From Selaginella moellendorffii (taxonomy: Eukaryota; Plantae; Lycopodiophyta), in the NCBI RefSeq assembly GCF_000143415.4, contig NW_003314269.1, positions 1,929,544 to 1,993,543 of the forward strand: DNA of 64,000 nt, read 5' to 3'. The position numbers and the translations under genes were made by a program. Within the stretch, counting starts at the first letter, position 1, and each line of letters opens with the position of its first letter. This document shows positions 23,744 to 36,100 of the stretch, piece after piece. Below the pieces are notes generated by a model. That model was given only the letters and a program-made list of their open reading frames with translations, was not told the origin of the DNA and did not search any database.

Positions 23744-24794
23744 TCATGTCTGCATTGCCTCTGCGTGATAGTTCTCTAGATCAGCATCCAGCTCTTGGGC
23801 CGACTTCACTACGGGCTTTCCTCCTCCCTTGCCTTTACCGCCGGCGGCGCCGCCCAGCTGGCTACCTTTAGTACCCCCGGCGATGGCAGGCTTCCGCCGG
23901 ATTCGCTTCCCAATCCGGCCTCGTCCGGGAGTTCGTAAGCCGCCGCCGCCGCCGCCGCCGCCGTTCGTGTTGCTCACAGCGTTGACACTGCTCCGAGTTT
24001 TTAGAACTTGCACAATCTATCGGTGAGGACGTACCTGGGAGTAAAGGCGGTGGCAATGTTAGTGCCCAAGCACTCGATCTTCATGGGCTTTCCATCGAGT
24101 TGGACATTGTTATAGTGTTTCATCGCCTTGAGTGCATCGTACTTCCTGGCGAAGACCACGTCCGCTGTACACTGCAATTCAAAAACAAAAAAGCAGTCAG
24201 AAATTTTTAAAACAATCCTGGAGGGAAATACCTTTGATCTTCCACTTCTGTCGAAGTGGACTGCGCACCGCTTCAAGTCTCCCTGCTCGGAGAAGAGCTC
24301 CTGCCAAGAGAAGAGAACATGAGAAAAAGATAAAAGCATCACGAGACAAAAACACGAACCTTGATATCGTCAGTGGAGACGCCGTGGTCGAGGTTAGAGA
24401 TAAAAAGCTTGGTGCCAGTCTCAATACCGACGGGCTTAGTCCGGGCACCACCACCCACGAACCCATCTTCAAACATGTCATGCTGCCAAGCACCGGCACC
24501 GGCACCGGCACCGGCACCGGCACCAGCACCCTCTGGAGCACTCCGCCGAGAACGCTGAGAAAAAGAAGAAGATGAGACCACCGCGCCATTCTAGAGCCGG
24601 TTCCTAGAGCTTGCCTTTCCAATGGAATACGGTGTCGTCCGGGGCCCGAGGCGGTTAGGGGCGTTACGGATAGGGCCCGAGGCCCGAGAACCGCCGGCAC
24701 CACCGCCGCCCCCCCGCCGCCTCTTGCCGGCGCCTCTAGCCCCGGCCTTGTTGCTCTTGATAATATCATCCAAGGACTGATCTATGTTCGACAT
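23744..24794 (-). CDS. ALY: ALY/REF mRNA export adaptor (THO complex subunit 4)
   Basis: [11 protein letters not shown]-terminal motif, WQHDMF, RRM ([21 protein letters not shown]...[14 protein letters not shown]), C-terminal [13 protein letters not shown]. Confidence 0.93.
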
Positions 24795-25316
24795 GGCCGA
24801 GGAGCTGGACGGATCGACCGAGATCGTTGCCACTGTGAAAAAGAAGACCCAAATAGAGGCTTAAGTACCAAAGATGAGTGGATCCAAGCTTGGCGAGGAA
24901 GAGGACGATGACACAAATCAGCGCAGCCAGGCAGCCTCGAAAGAAGGAGATTACGACCCAGTAACAGACAGAGAACTCTTTTTTTCTGATGCGTGGTATG
25001 TGTGTGTGTGGAGGCGGCAGAAGATCAGCATCAAAGGGCAACAAGAAAAAGGAAATTTCTTGCGGAGAAATCCTAGATCTTTGAGCTCGAGAGGAGAAGA
25101 ATCACGATACGATACCAGTACTGCTTCGAATCGGCGATCCGCGACGGCGCGCCTTGCTCTTGAAACCCTACCCCAAAGGCGAAGCCAAAATATCACCGGG
25201 GCTGACCTAAAAAATGGAGGTAACGTCGGTTCCGTCTATAGATCTTTCAAGCCTCCAGCGGAATATTCCGTCAGGGCGTTTTTAGGGTTCTAGCGGGGGA
25301 GAGAGAGGAAGCCGCA

Positions 25317-26337
25317 ATGCCGAAGTCGAAACGCAACAAGCTAGGTGAGCGATAGAATGCGCGATTTTCTCGCTCTCATCGTGATTTTCTCGCAGTTACA
25401 TTGTCCAAGACGAAGAAGAAGGGCCGGGAGCACAAGGAATCCATTGTTACCGCCGTGAGGAAGGCGTCGGAGGAGTTTAGGGAGCTGTATGTCTTCTCCT
25501 TCGAAAATATGCGCAATGGGAAGTTCAAGGCTCTCCGGGACGAGCTCAAATCCAGCACCAGGTCTAAATTCCTTTCTTTGTTCTTCGCTGCTGAGATCTG
25601 TGACAAAATGTGGCTATACACAGATTTTTCCTTGGATCGAACAAGGTTCTGCAAATAGCGATTGGAAAGGGCCCTTCCGACGAGGTGAAGGAAGGGATCC
25701 ATAAAGCCAGCGAGTTCCTTTGCGGGAACACGGGAATGCTCTTCACGAATTTGCCAAACGAAGAGGTGGCCAGGTTCGTTTTGAAGAAAAACCTTGCTTC
25801 GTCGCTCTAAGGGGAATGATATCGCAGGATTTTCACAGACTTCGAGGAGCTGGATTTCGCTCGAACTGGCAGCACGGCGACTGAGACGGTGCGTGTAGAC
25901 AATGCTTTTGCTTTTGCGTGGTTTTCTTCGTGTAGCTCACTGTGAGTGACTACACAGGTGGAACTCAACGAAGGCCCACTGGAGCAATTCACGCACGAGA
26001 TGGAGCCATTTCTGCGAAAGCAAGGAATGCCTGTTCGTCTAAACAGAGGTGTGAAGATCAAGCGAGAGCTAGACTAACTCCGGCTTGCAGGCGTTGTGGA
26101 GCTGGTCGGCGATTACACCGTGTGTCGAGAAGGCGAAGCAATCTCGCCAGAAGCATCGCGGATACTTGTGAGTCATCACGAAAAACCATCGCTTCTAGCG
26201 CTCTAATGTTTCTTCTTTCCTTGCAGAGGCTCTTGGGAGTGAAAATGGCTCCCTTTAGAATGAGCGTTTTGTGTCGCTGGAGTCCCAATGGATTTAAAGT
26301 TTTGAAAGCTCCCGAGAGCCAAAAAGTTTTGCAATAA
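25317..26337 (+). CDS. MRT4: mRNA turnover protein 4 / ribosome assembly factor
   Basis: MPKSKRNKLVTLSKTKKKGREHKE..., FSFENMRN, RFFLGSNKVLQIA, DFARTG, EMEPFLRKQGMPVRL across exons. Confidence 0.93.
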
Positions 26338-26393
26338 GAAAAGCAAATATTTAAACTTGTGTGAAGAGCCCTAGCTTGCCCTAAATTTTGAGC

Positions 26394-28347
26394 ATGGCGG
26401 ACGCGCGGAATGCTCCACAGATCCTCCAGCACGTCTCCAAGACGCTCACCTGCACGATCTACGACACGCTCTGGGTCCCCAGCAGGTAATCTGTGTGGAA
26501 TCCGTGGGAAAAACTCAGCTCTAGCAGCGAGCTACTGGGAATTTTTTATGTAGTGCGCGGTTCGTTCTCTTGGGATCGAGTGCGCGCTCCACAGGGACTA
26601 TCCAGGTTACAAATGCATTAATGCAGGGATCTCTCCTGTTAGAACTTTAGAGTTTTTCTTACTTGGCTTCTTCTTTCCTGGTTTAAAACGAGAAGTTCTT
26701 TCTTATTTGCTTCCATAAACTCAGGTCTATGAGCTTCAAGGGAACGATGTCAACAAGCTCGACGAGGTTTGTTCTTGATGCGTACTGTGGCTGGAAATCA
26801 AGTAAAAAAAAACGAGTTTGCAGGTGGACAAGCAGTTTAGTTTCAAGTGTGGGACGTTTGGTGCCTCGGACCTTGTAAGCATCCTGTATCTGATGCTAAA
26901 CAGTTGGATATTATTTTTTTCTTTTGCTTCAGGTAAATCGTCAGCTAGCAACAGGGGATTTTAAGGGAAACTTGCAGATCTGGGACCTCGAACGACTTGG
27001 TTATCCCGTCTACCATTGCAAAGGTAGATAGCTTTTTTTTTCTTCCCGACAAACCATATTTTTTAACACTTCCGCAGCTCATGAAACAATCATCAATGCG
27101 ATTGATGGCGTTGGGGGCTCGGGGCTTGGTTTTGGAGCTCCAGAAATTGTTACGGGATCACGGGATGGTACTCTTCTGTTTAGCATATGTTCTGATTGAT
27201 GAACTCCATTTCCTCAGGACGTGTTTGTGTATGGGATCCTCGGCAGAAGGACGAGCCAGTGAGTACCGTGTGGCATAGTTTTCTTTCTAGAATTTATATC
27301 GAATAAGCTGTGCTAGGTATCTTCGTTTGAGCCGGAGCGAGCAGACGCTGCACGAGACTGCTGGACAGTAGCATTTGGTAAGATGGCTGTGTCGCGTTTT
27401 TTCCTTCACCATGGCAAATTCTGGCATTGGCAGGAAATTCATACAATGACGAAGAACGTTGTGTTGCAGCCGGTACTATTTCCACTTTTGCCTCTTGTGC
27501 TGAGTTCGCTGCAGTGGCTGGTTTCTTTTATTTCAAGGCTACGATAATGGTGACATAAAGCTTTTTGATCTAAGGACTGGAAGCGTTCGCTGGCAGACCA
27601 CAGTTCGGAATGGAGTACGTAGACGTGAATTTGAGCTTGAGCTTCTAAGTCTAATAAACTGCTGCAGGTTTGTGGTGTCGAGTTTGATCGCAAGGACGTC
27701 AAAATGAACAAGCTTGTGGCAACAACACTGGAAGCGACCTTTCATGTAAGTACATTCCATTCCACCTTAACTTTCAAGAAAGCTGAGAGCTGCTGGCAGG
27801 TTTATGACATGAGGACTCATCACCCAGAAAATGGCTACTCGTCCCTGACCGAGAAGGTGAGCTTTTGCTGGTATTTCTCGACATTTTATCTTTAGCGTTG
27901 TGATTTGAATCACAGGTATCTCACGGGACAACGATCTGGGGAGTGAAGCACCTCCCACAAAACAGAGATATCTTCGCCGTTTTAGGTGGTGATGGCTCTG
28001 TCAGCATCTACAAGTATTCGTATCCGGATCAACGATCGATGAAGGACGTCGATGGGAAATCTTACGGAGTAAGCACAATTCACATCTTCCATCTGAATTG
28101 TCTCACAATCCTTTGCTTTTGGTGACAGGTTCTGGGTCAAGTTCACCTTTTGTCGTCCAAAGTTCTCTCGACACAACCAATAGGTGCATTCGGCTGGTTA
28201 GTCTTTGCGTGAAAAAAAAAGAAAAATCTGGTTTAGTGGTGCTGATGGAAATGTTGCAGGAGCCCTGACAAGGAGGGTCTAGCCGTTTTGGGCTCTTTCG
28301 ATCAGTGTTTGCGAGTTGGAATTGTGACCAAATTGAGCAAGAGTTAA
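26394..28347 (+). CDS. WDR92: WD repeat protein 92 (Monad/DNAAF10), dynein pre-assembly cochaperone
   Basis: Spliced translation [28 protein letters not shown]...FKCGTFGAS...[25 protein letters not shown]...[34 protein letters not shown]...[13 protein letters not shown]...HLPQNRDIF...[26 protein letters not shown]. Confidence 0.92.
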
Positions 28348-28390
28348 CTAGAAAATACTTCACGGGTATGCCACTTTGCATTCGAAGGTA

Positions 28391-30592
28391 ATGGAAGTTG
28401 GCAACGACATTCAAGAGTATGTTTCCAGACTGAAGTTGTGTGGCAAAACTAGAAATTTGACTGAAGGCAGACGCATTCACGCATCTCTATCAAAGAGCCC
28501 GCATTGTGCAAATAGATTTTTGGCCAATTTAGTGATAGAGATGTACGGGAAGTGTGGTGATGTCGCAGGAGCCAAAGAAGTTTTTCATGGACTCGGTAGT
28601 CCTAATGTCTACTCCTGGAATCTCCTGCTGGCCGCTTATGCCCACAACGGGCATCTGGAAGAATCCAAGAGAATCTTTGATTCTATGCCGGAGCAAAACA
28701 TCGTGTCTAGGAATGCCATGCTTGCGGCGTATGCTAAGGGCGGGGACCTTGATAAAACGAAGGAGTTTTTCGAGGCACTGGCTCAGAAGGATGAAATCTC
28801 AATTACCACCATGCTCCTGGCATATGCCCGTAACGGGCATGCCGATCAAGCAAGGGTTTTGTTTGATCAAATGTCCAACAAAGACATGGTTTGCTACACG
28901 ACTCTAATCACCGCATATGCCCAAAGCGGAAAAGTTGACGAGGCAAGATACTTGTTTGATAGAATGCCGGAACGCGACGTTGTGTGTTGGAACGCCATGA
29001 TCTCCTCGTACGCCCAACAAGGGCATACAGACCAGGCATATCATCTTTTCAAGAATATGCCTCACCCGGACGTGATAACATGGACGGCTGTGATCAGCGG
29101 GTGCGCCCAACATGGCCAACTTTCCCACGCAAAGGACTTGTTTAACAAGATGCCCCAGAGGAGCCTCGTCTCCTGGACGGCTCTGGTCACGGCTATGGCC
29201 AAGTACGGATGCACGGAAGATGCCCTTTTGCTATTCCACAAGATGCCCGAGTGGAGTACGGTCTCCTGCAATGCGGTGATTGCGGGCCTGGGCCACTTTG
29301 AGGAGATTTTCGAGAGAATGCCGTACAAGGACATTGTGACGTGGAATGCCATGGCGCAAGCTTATGCCGCGTTAGGAGATTTTGGCAGTGTAAAGAGAAG
29401 CTTTGACACCATGCCCGAGTGGGACATGGCCTCTTGGACAATCATGATACTGGAATATGCTCGCCACGGCCGTCTAGGAGATGCGAGGCTCTTGTTTGAA
29501 AAGATGCCTAACTGGGATTTGGTTTTGTGGAATGCCATGATCAACGCATATGCCACAAGTGGGCATTTAAGTGAATGTAGTAACTTGTTCATGCGGATGC
29601 CACAGCGTGACGCTTCTACTTGGAACTCTATGGTCTTTGCAAATGCCCATGCCGGGCATATAGATCACGCAAAGTGGCTTTTCGACCTAATGCCGGAGTG
29701 GAATGTAGTGTCATGGACAGTGCTTCTAGCAGCATATGCCCAAGCTGGGCATCTGGCTTACGCCCGTGAGATGCTGAATCAGCTGCCGTGCCAGCATGCC
29801 GTGCCTTGGAATGCCATGATCGGTGCGTATGCCCAGCTTGGGCATGGCATGGAAGCCATTCAAGCGTTTGGCGAGATGAAGAACAGGGGTGTGTCACCCG
29901 ACAGCGTTACGTTCGTGAGTGTCATCGCTGCGTGTGTGAGCCTTGTGACCGCCGGAGTTAATTGGGAGCTCGTCCGCAGCGTTTTGAGCCAGATCGCTTA
30001 TAGAGAAACCTGTGTCCTGAATGCCATCGTAGATATGTATGGTAAGCTTGGAGCCGTCGAGAGAGCTAGAAGAGTTTTCGACAGCATACCTCGGCCCACG
30101 ACGGTTTCCTGGACGGCGATCATCTCGGCTTATGCTCAAAACGGATCACACCACGCTGCCCTGGAGCTTGTTCTTGCAATGGAAGCTGACGGTGTTAAGC
30201 CGGACGATGTTGCCTTTATCACCATTCTCACGGCGTGTAGCCATGCCGGGTTACTAGCTCAAGGCAGGAAGTACTTCAGGTCCATGAGCGAGGACCACGG
30301 CCTTCTCCCGACGATGGACCACTTTAATTGCATGCTAGATCTCATGGGACGCGTTGGATATCTGCAAGAAGCTGATGAGCTCGTCAACAGCATGCCTTAC
30401 TTGCCTGGATCCATGGCATGGACGTCGCTGTTTAGTGCGTGCATGCTCCAGAGAGATGGTCGTCGTCGAGTTCTTTTTGCTGCTGAAAAGAGCTTGCGTC
30501 TTGACCTTAAAGATGCTGTTCCGTATCTAGCAGTATCAAACACACTATCTGCGTCGGAGAGAGGCCACAGTCTTAGAACGAAAAGAGGATGA
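28391..30592 (+). CDS. PLS-class PPR protein (E-type, no DYW)
   Basis: Intronless PPR array; first in-frame ATG at 28391; ends ACSHAGL..HFNCMLDLMGRVG..PYLAVSN. Confidence 0.93.
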   Translation: MEVGNDIQEYVSRLKLCGKTRNLTEGRRIHASLSKSPHCANRFLANLVIEMYGKCGDVAGAKEVFHGLGSPNVYSWNLLLAAYAHNGHLEESKRIFDSMPEQNIVSRNAMLAAYAKGGDLDKTKEFFEALAQKDEISITTMLLAYARNGHADQARVLFDQMSNKDMVCYTTLITAYAQSGKVDEARYLFDRMPERDVVCWNAMISSYAQQGHTDQAYHLFKNMPHPDVITWTAVISGCAQHGQLSHAKDLFNKMPQRSLVSWTALVTAMAKYGCTEDALLLFHKMPEWSTVSCNAVIAGLGHFEEIFERMPYKDIVTWNAMAQAYAALGDFGSVKRSFDTMPEWDMASWTIMILEYARHGRLGDARLLFEKMPNWDLVLWNAMINAYATSGHLSECSNLFMRMPQRDASTWNSMVFANAHAGHIDHAKWLFDLMPEWNVVSWTVLLAAYAQAGHLAYAREMLNQLPCQHAVPWNAMIGAYAQLGHGMEAIQAFGEMKNRGVSPDSVTFVSVIAACVSLVTAGVNWELVRSVLSQIAYRETCVLNAIVDMYGKLGAVERARRVFDSIPRPTTVSWTAIISAYAQNGSHHAALELVLAMEADGVKPDDVAFITILTACSHAGLLAQGRKYFRSMSEDHGLLPTMDHFNCMLDLMGRVGYLQEADELVNSMPYLPGSMAWTSLFSACMLQRDGRRRVLFAAEKSLRLDLKDAVPYLAVSNTLSASERGHSLRTKRG

Positions 30593-30606
30593 AATTTTGC
30601 AGAGCG

Positions 30607-32871
30607 TTACCTGTTCGCATTCTTGATCGCCTGGAGTGGCCGGCGCTTGCACCTTCTTTTGCTGACGGGTGTAAGCTTCGGAGTCGCGTTTTCAACACCT
30701 GTAAATGCCTCACCGGGCTGGGACTGGATAGGAGGGCTCAAAACATCCAAACGGGTTGCCTGCCTCTTAACTCTTGGCGGCGTGTTGGCCTCCTTTGTTC
30801 TGGCAGCGTGAGATGGCGCTTGGTAGTGTAACATATCCTCGTGTACTTTCTGAGAGCTCAGAAGTTTCACTTTGAAGGGAGTCTCCGCCGTGAAGCACCC
30901 CGTTGTACCGCTTGGTGCATCCCGTTCAATTAGCACATTTCCATTGTTTACCTGCATTTGGAAGTTAACAAAACAGCAGTTTTGTAGATCACCAAATACC
31001 AGTTGCAGTAAAGCAGCGAAAGATCTTGCTACGTCGTGGCTGTCTTGCCCCTTCACTATCTGAGTAAAGGAGCTGACCCCATCAGATTGCTCCGGTGCTT
31101 CGTGTAAGCACCTCTCAATGATACGCTCCCCATAAACATGTATATCAAATGCAGGACGTGCATCCTGCGAGAAATATCAGCAAAACGTTTGAAGTGTGAA
31201 GCGTGGACATACCTGCTTAGCCAATGACGCTTCTACCTTCACCTTCCAGTTCGAAACGCGAGAAGCTAGTTCAGCTCGGAGCTCAGCTTCTACCAATGTT
31301 TGCATCACAGAATCCTATATGATCAGCCAGGTGAGTAGATGTCGAAGAGGTAAAAACATTCTACCCTTGTCGCATGGCACAGCTTTTCAAAAGATGTTTC
31401 CCCCTCCGGAGCATTCAAAGGTTCTGTTTCTCCGCCAGCTTCTGGAACAGTGTCATCCCATGGTTCGAAGTTGTCAACGTTGTCAGGTTCATCATCAGAT
31501 TCCGGAGGTTCTGCAGCTGTTTGAAAGTCCGTCTTCGCCTGGCAACGGGAACTAAAAGTAAAATATAAATGCCAAAAGCGGCATTACCTTCTCGGCGGTT
31601 CGAGAGTTGGTTTTTGTCGTCCTTTTAAGTCGGTCAGCAGCTTCCTTATCCTGTAGCGCCTCCAAGAACTCGCAAAATGTAGTCCCGTTTCTCGTAGCCA
31701 TTGGAAACTCCACATCAACCACGGGGGATTTAGTAGGCTTTTTCCTGGACAGAAGACCTGCTAAGAATGAGAAAATCTCAGTTAACAAAGGATCAATGAA
31801 GATAGCTTTTACCTCTCTTATACGGCTTTACTAGAAGCGTTCCTGGTTCGTGAGGATTGAGCCGTGCCCAGGGATCGTCCTCATCATCTTGCTGTTGTTG
31901 CTCGTCCGCGTGTGGGATGTTGTTAGCACCTTCAAGGGGTGCATCGAAGTTAATGTTTCTCGCCGAACACGGCTCAAAGTCGTCTTCTGGACCTTCACAA
32001 AAATCATCTCCCCCATAAGATGGCCGAGTTTTTTTGCCAGAGCTGGCTCTACGACCCGGAGTTGATGCTCTGTGGCTTCTCGATCGTGATGAGCTTGGAG
32101 GACGAGGAGTCGCTCTCTCAGCTCTAGGAACATATAAGTAGTTATCAACGGCCTCGGCATCGCAGGGGTCTAGAAGCAGGAAATCTCTATAAAGAAAGCT
32201 CGTTGCAATCTGGAAAGGAAAACCAAAACAATGAGAATCCAGAAGTAGAAAAAACCACTGACCTGGTAAGTTGACAATTCACCACCGTTTTTCATCGTCT
32301 CGAAAGCATCCCCTTCGACAACGAGAAGACTTGTAGGAGGCCTGTTTAGAGAAGGCGTGATGCCGATACTCTCGCCATCGTTGAGATCGATGTTTGTTTC
32401 CTCTGTAAGAAGTAGTCACGAACCACATAAGAGCATAACGCGAAGTACATACCAGGCACATCATCCAAGTTAAGAAACTCTTCCTCTTTCTCTTCCTCGA
32501 CAACCTCGGCCTCCTTGGCACTCCCATTCTCGGGCAAAGCGCACTTCTTTTGGGTGATGAAGCTCAAGGCCTGGAGAACAAGCGCGTACAGGTACTCGAC
32601 CTTCTTGCTATACACCTGGGTCGATCCCTGGATGAGCAGCGCCGCTGGAGTTGGAAAAAACTTGGCTCAGGGATTTTCCTATCTCACTAGATCGACACAT
32701 ACCTTCTGCGAAATTCAAGCAGCTCTGCCCATCTTGAAACAGCGGTGTGAGATGGAGCTGGGAGAGATACTCCTCCAGCTCCTGCGCGACATCCACAGAC
32801 CAGTTCTCTCCCAAATCCCTGCACGGCTGGAGGAGATGCGCGTAGCGGGGCTCGCCCTCGCCCGACGCCAT
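30607..32871 (-). CDS. CAP-H2: Condensin II kleisin subunit H2
   Basis: [65 protein letters not shown]; C-terminal DVARSFAALLQLVNNGNV. Confidence 0.9.
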
Positions 32872-33140
32872 AGCTAGAGCCCTAGCATTCAAATTTTTGG
32901 CGGGTAGACGCTGGATACCGTCCGCGTGGACGGTTCACAAAATTCAGCTGAATGCAGTTACGGGCAACAAGGGTAAGGATTTGGGGGTTTTTGGCCTTAG
33001 GGCGAGCCCATTCCATCTCTCGCGCCATCGTCTAGGGCGAGGGCGGAGCCATCGCGATCCGGTGCTTGGATGAAGAGGATTCCGATAGTTTGCCACCGGC
33101 ATTGCGATCGTCATCGCGATCAGGTACTTGTTCTTGGAGA

Positions 33141-36100
33141 ATGCAGCGGAAGCCAAAGCCTGCGTCTGGGGCGGGATTCGGCGTGGTTCCTCCCTATCAG
33201 CCGAATATCGTCCCTCGCGTGAAGATCTGGTTTCCTCCGGCGTTCACAGCCAAGTACAAGCCAGAGCCAGAGCCAGCGCCGGCGGAGATCAGCTCATATC
33301 CGTCGAAAAAGAGAGATTTTGATACCTTCGCTCAGGATGCCGAGGTGTGTAGTTTCCAGGGGGAGGATATTGGAGGCTATCCTCCCAGGGCGGAGGAGAT
33401 TTTGCTGTTCCAGGACTTGAAGCGTAGGCGCGGCGTGCGTTTCACCTTGAAGGATATTGAGGAGGACGAGAATGCCAAAGTTTTGGCCGAGAAGGAGATG
33501 AGGAACTTTGAGGGGTTCTCTCGGCCCCGACCACCTGAAGTTGGGAAAGGCCCTCCAGCTATTTCGCTGTCGATCGACTTGTTCGACAATCCCGAGATCG
33601 ATCTCAAGCATCCCTCCACGGACATTCAAGAGGTAAAACTTTTCTTATAACTGGTTGCTTTCTTAGTTTTGTGTGTTAACTTCTAACGCACAGGCCCAAG
33701 AACGTGGTGAGAAAGGAGCCAAGGCAAGAGCAAGGTTTTATGCCTCTACGGGCCTTTGTGAATGGGTACCTTGTTACGTGCTCGAGTATGACAGAAAGAA
33801 CGACACTTACTTGGTTGAGTTTACGTTTAACGAGAAGAGAAAGGTCATAAAGAGGTAGTAGCTGCTCATGCTTATGGATCATACTGATAATCGGGGTCTA
33901 TGCAGGCTAAGTTTCATATTGGACAGGGAAAGAGAGCGCGCATTTGTCGCCAGAGTGTTTGCTGCCAAAGACCTTCGAACAAGGATTGAAACTCAAATGG
34001 TAATCTTTTATGTGCTCCTCGTCGTTCTTCTATAATCCTAATCAATAAATTCTAGTTCAGCGCTATTCCGCGTATGTTGAGGACCTTCCATTCAGAAATC
34101 CTGAAGTGATTGACGATCAGCTTTTGAATCGCGTTTTAAACATGTCTGGAGTGGAGCTTTCTAGAAAGTTTACCGCCACTGTTGCTGACTATTTCGAGGA
34201 CATGAAACGTGACTATCGTCTCAGTGTAAACAGCTCGATTCTCAACCATTATCAGCTTCTCAACGAAGAGGAGCGACCTCGATTTGCCGCTCTTCAAATA
34301 TTTTCCAAACTAAAGCAGGAGACATTGTGTCCAAGGTAGTTCTCGTTTTTGTTCTCTCATGTTTGTTTAAGTCGGGATGCTGCAGACAGGGTTGTGTTCC
34401 TTTGGTATTTGATACACCGTTTTTCTTCGTACGGGAAAGCATATCTAGAACACTCTGTGTTGCTGAAGAGGCTTTTCTGCTTGGTTTGCAGCTGTATTAC
34501 AAGGAGATGGACATCTCAGAGGTTTCGCTAGTCGATCCACAACTTTACAGGGATCAGAGACCATGGTTACTAGAAAATTTTCGTGAAACCCAAGAAGAGT
34601 ATATCAGGGAAACTGTCGAGTACTTCAGAAACGAGTACGTACGACATTCTATCAAGTTTAAAAGACTAATTTTGTTGTGCAGGTGGGTGCCGAAAGTCGT
34701 TGGCATTATTGACGAGTTGGTGTCCCCAACCGCTCAATATCCACAACGATCGATGGAAAGGCTTATGAACTACATGATGCGGCTGTCGCTGACAATGAGG
34801 GAACAATTGGAGATGGTGATTTTGCTATCTACGTCTGGTTACCGTAAACTGTGGGAGCAGTATTTGCCGTCAGAAGAAAAGGTGTCTGAGCATCAGGGGA
34901 TACACAGGCAGCCGTTGTTCACCATCCAGCTGACGGTGGCTGATAATGAGTTTGTTTTTGTGCCTTCTCTAGAAACAGTCGAAAGCACGGTACTGGGCAT
35001 CTATGACCACGCTATTCAGTCCATCAAAGGGATAGAAGATTTGCAGTCAAGGTTAACTACTGTCACAAATCTTCTCGTTTCCAATGAGATATATACACTA
35101 CCACCGGACGAGATACGGCTTGTCGCATCCCGGAAAAAGATAAAGGTTCCTCGTTCTTATCATTCTCTTGCTCACGTAATACTTACACCCTGTGATCTGC
35201 AGGAAATTCTAGAGTACAACTTTCAACCAGCACGCAAGCTGCAGGAAGATTATCAAGAATACAACGACCTTGCGCATTTGAATATTGACACTTTTGCAGA
35301 GGTGTATATTGTGGCTAAGCATTCTCTCGAGGACTACGAGCAGACAATCACGAATTATTTGGAGGTATGTTTGATGATAGTTTAGGCGTTGCAGCTGATC
35401 GATTTGCTCACAGGTTGCAGAGGCTGCATTTTGGAGATCGGAGAGGGAAGTTGTAGTGCCAATGTTTCACATCGATTGCACAACCATACGTGATTTCCTC
35501 TACAAGAAAGCTACTGCTATAGCGAACAAAATCAGCTGTCAAATTCTTGAAACCACAATTGCCAAAAACACCGTTCTTTGTCAGAAGTATAATGACATCG
35601 ATCANNNNNNNNNNNNNNNNNNNNNNNNNNNNNNNNNNNNNNNNNNNNNNNNNNNNNNNNNNNNNNNNNNNNNNNNNNNNNNNNNNNNNNNNNNNNNNNN
35701 NNNNTTGGGATGTAAGTAATTTGTTTTAGACTGCTGCTTCCTGCTCCTAAAACATGTAACAACAGTGACATTCCGAATCCAGAGGAGCTTGATGGCATCA
35801 GAAAGTACGTTATTTCAAGTAAAAAAGAGGTCATACAACTGGAAGAAGAAGTTGCCAAGTCCGCTCAGGTTTGTGTTCTTTTTTAGCAAATTTGTTATAC
35901 AAACGTTAAGTTTCAGGTTTGGGCAATGTTCGACCGGAAACAATTCACAGTTTCCGAAGAAAACATGGACCACTTTTGGACAACACAGGCTTGGCCTCAG
36001 AGAATCGGGCTTGCGATTGAGGACTGCGATGGCAAAATAACACAGTCGAAGGTTAACGTGTATTCGACAATTTAAACATGACAAATGTGCTCCTTTATTA

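Noticed and set aside
35605-35704. Disruption of the dynein gene
   Set aside because: Assembly placeholder; the flanking coding sequence suggests little is missing.
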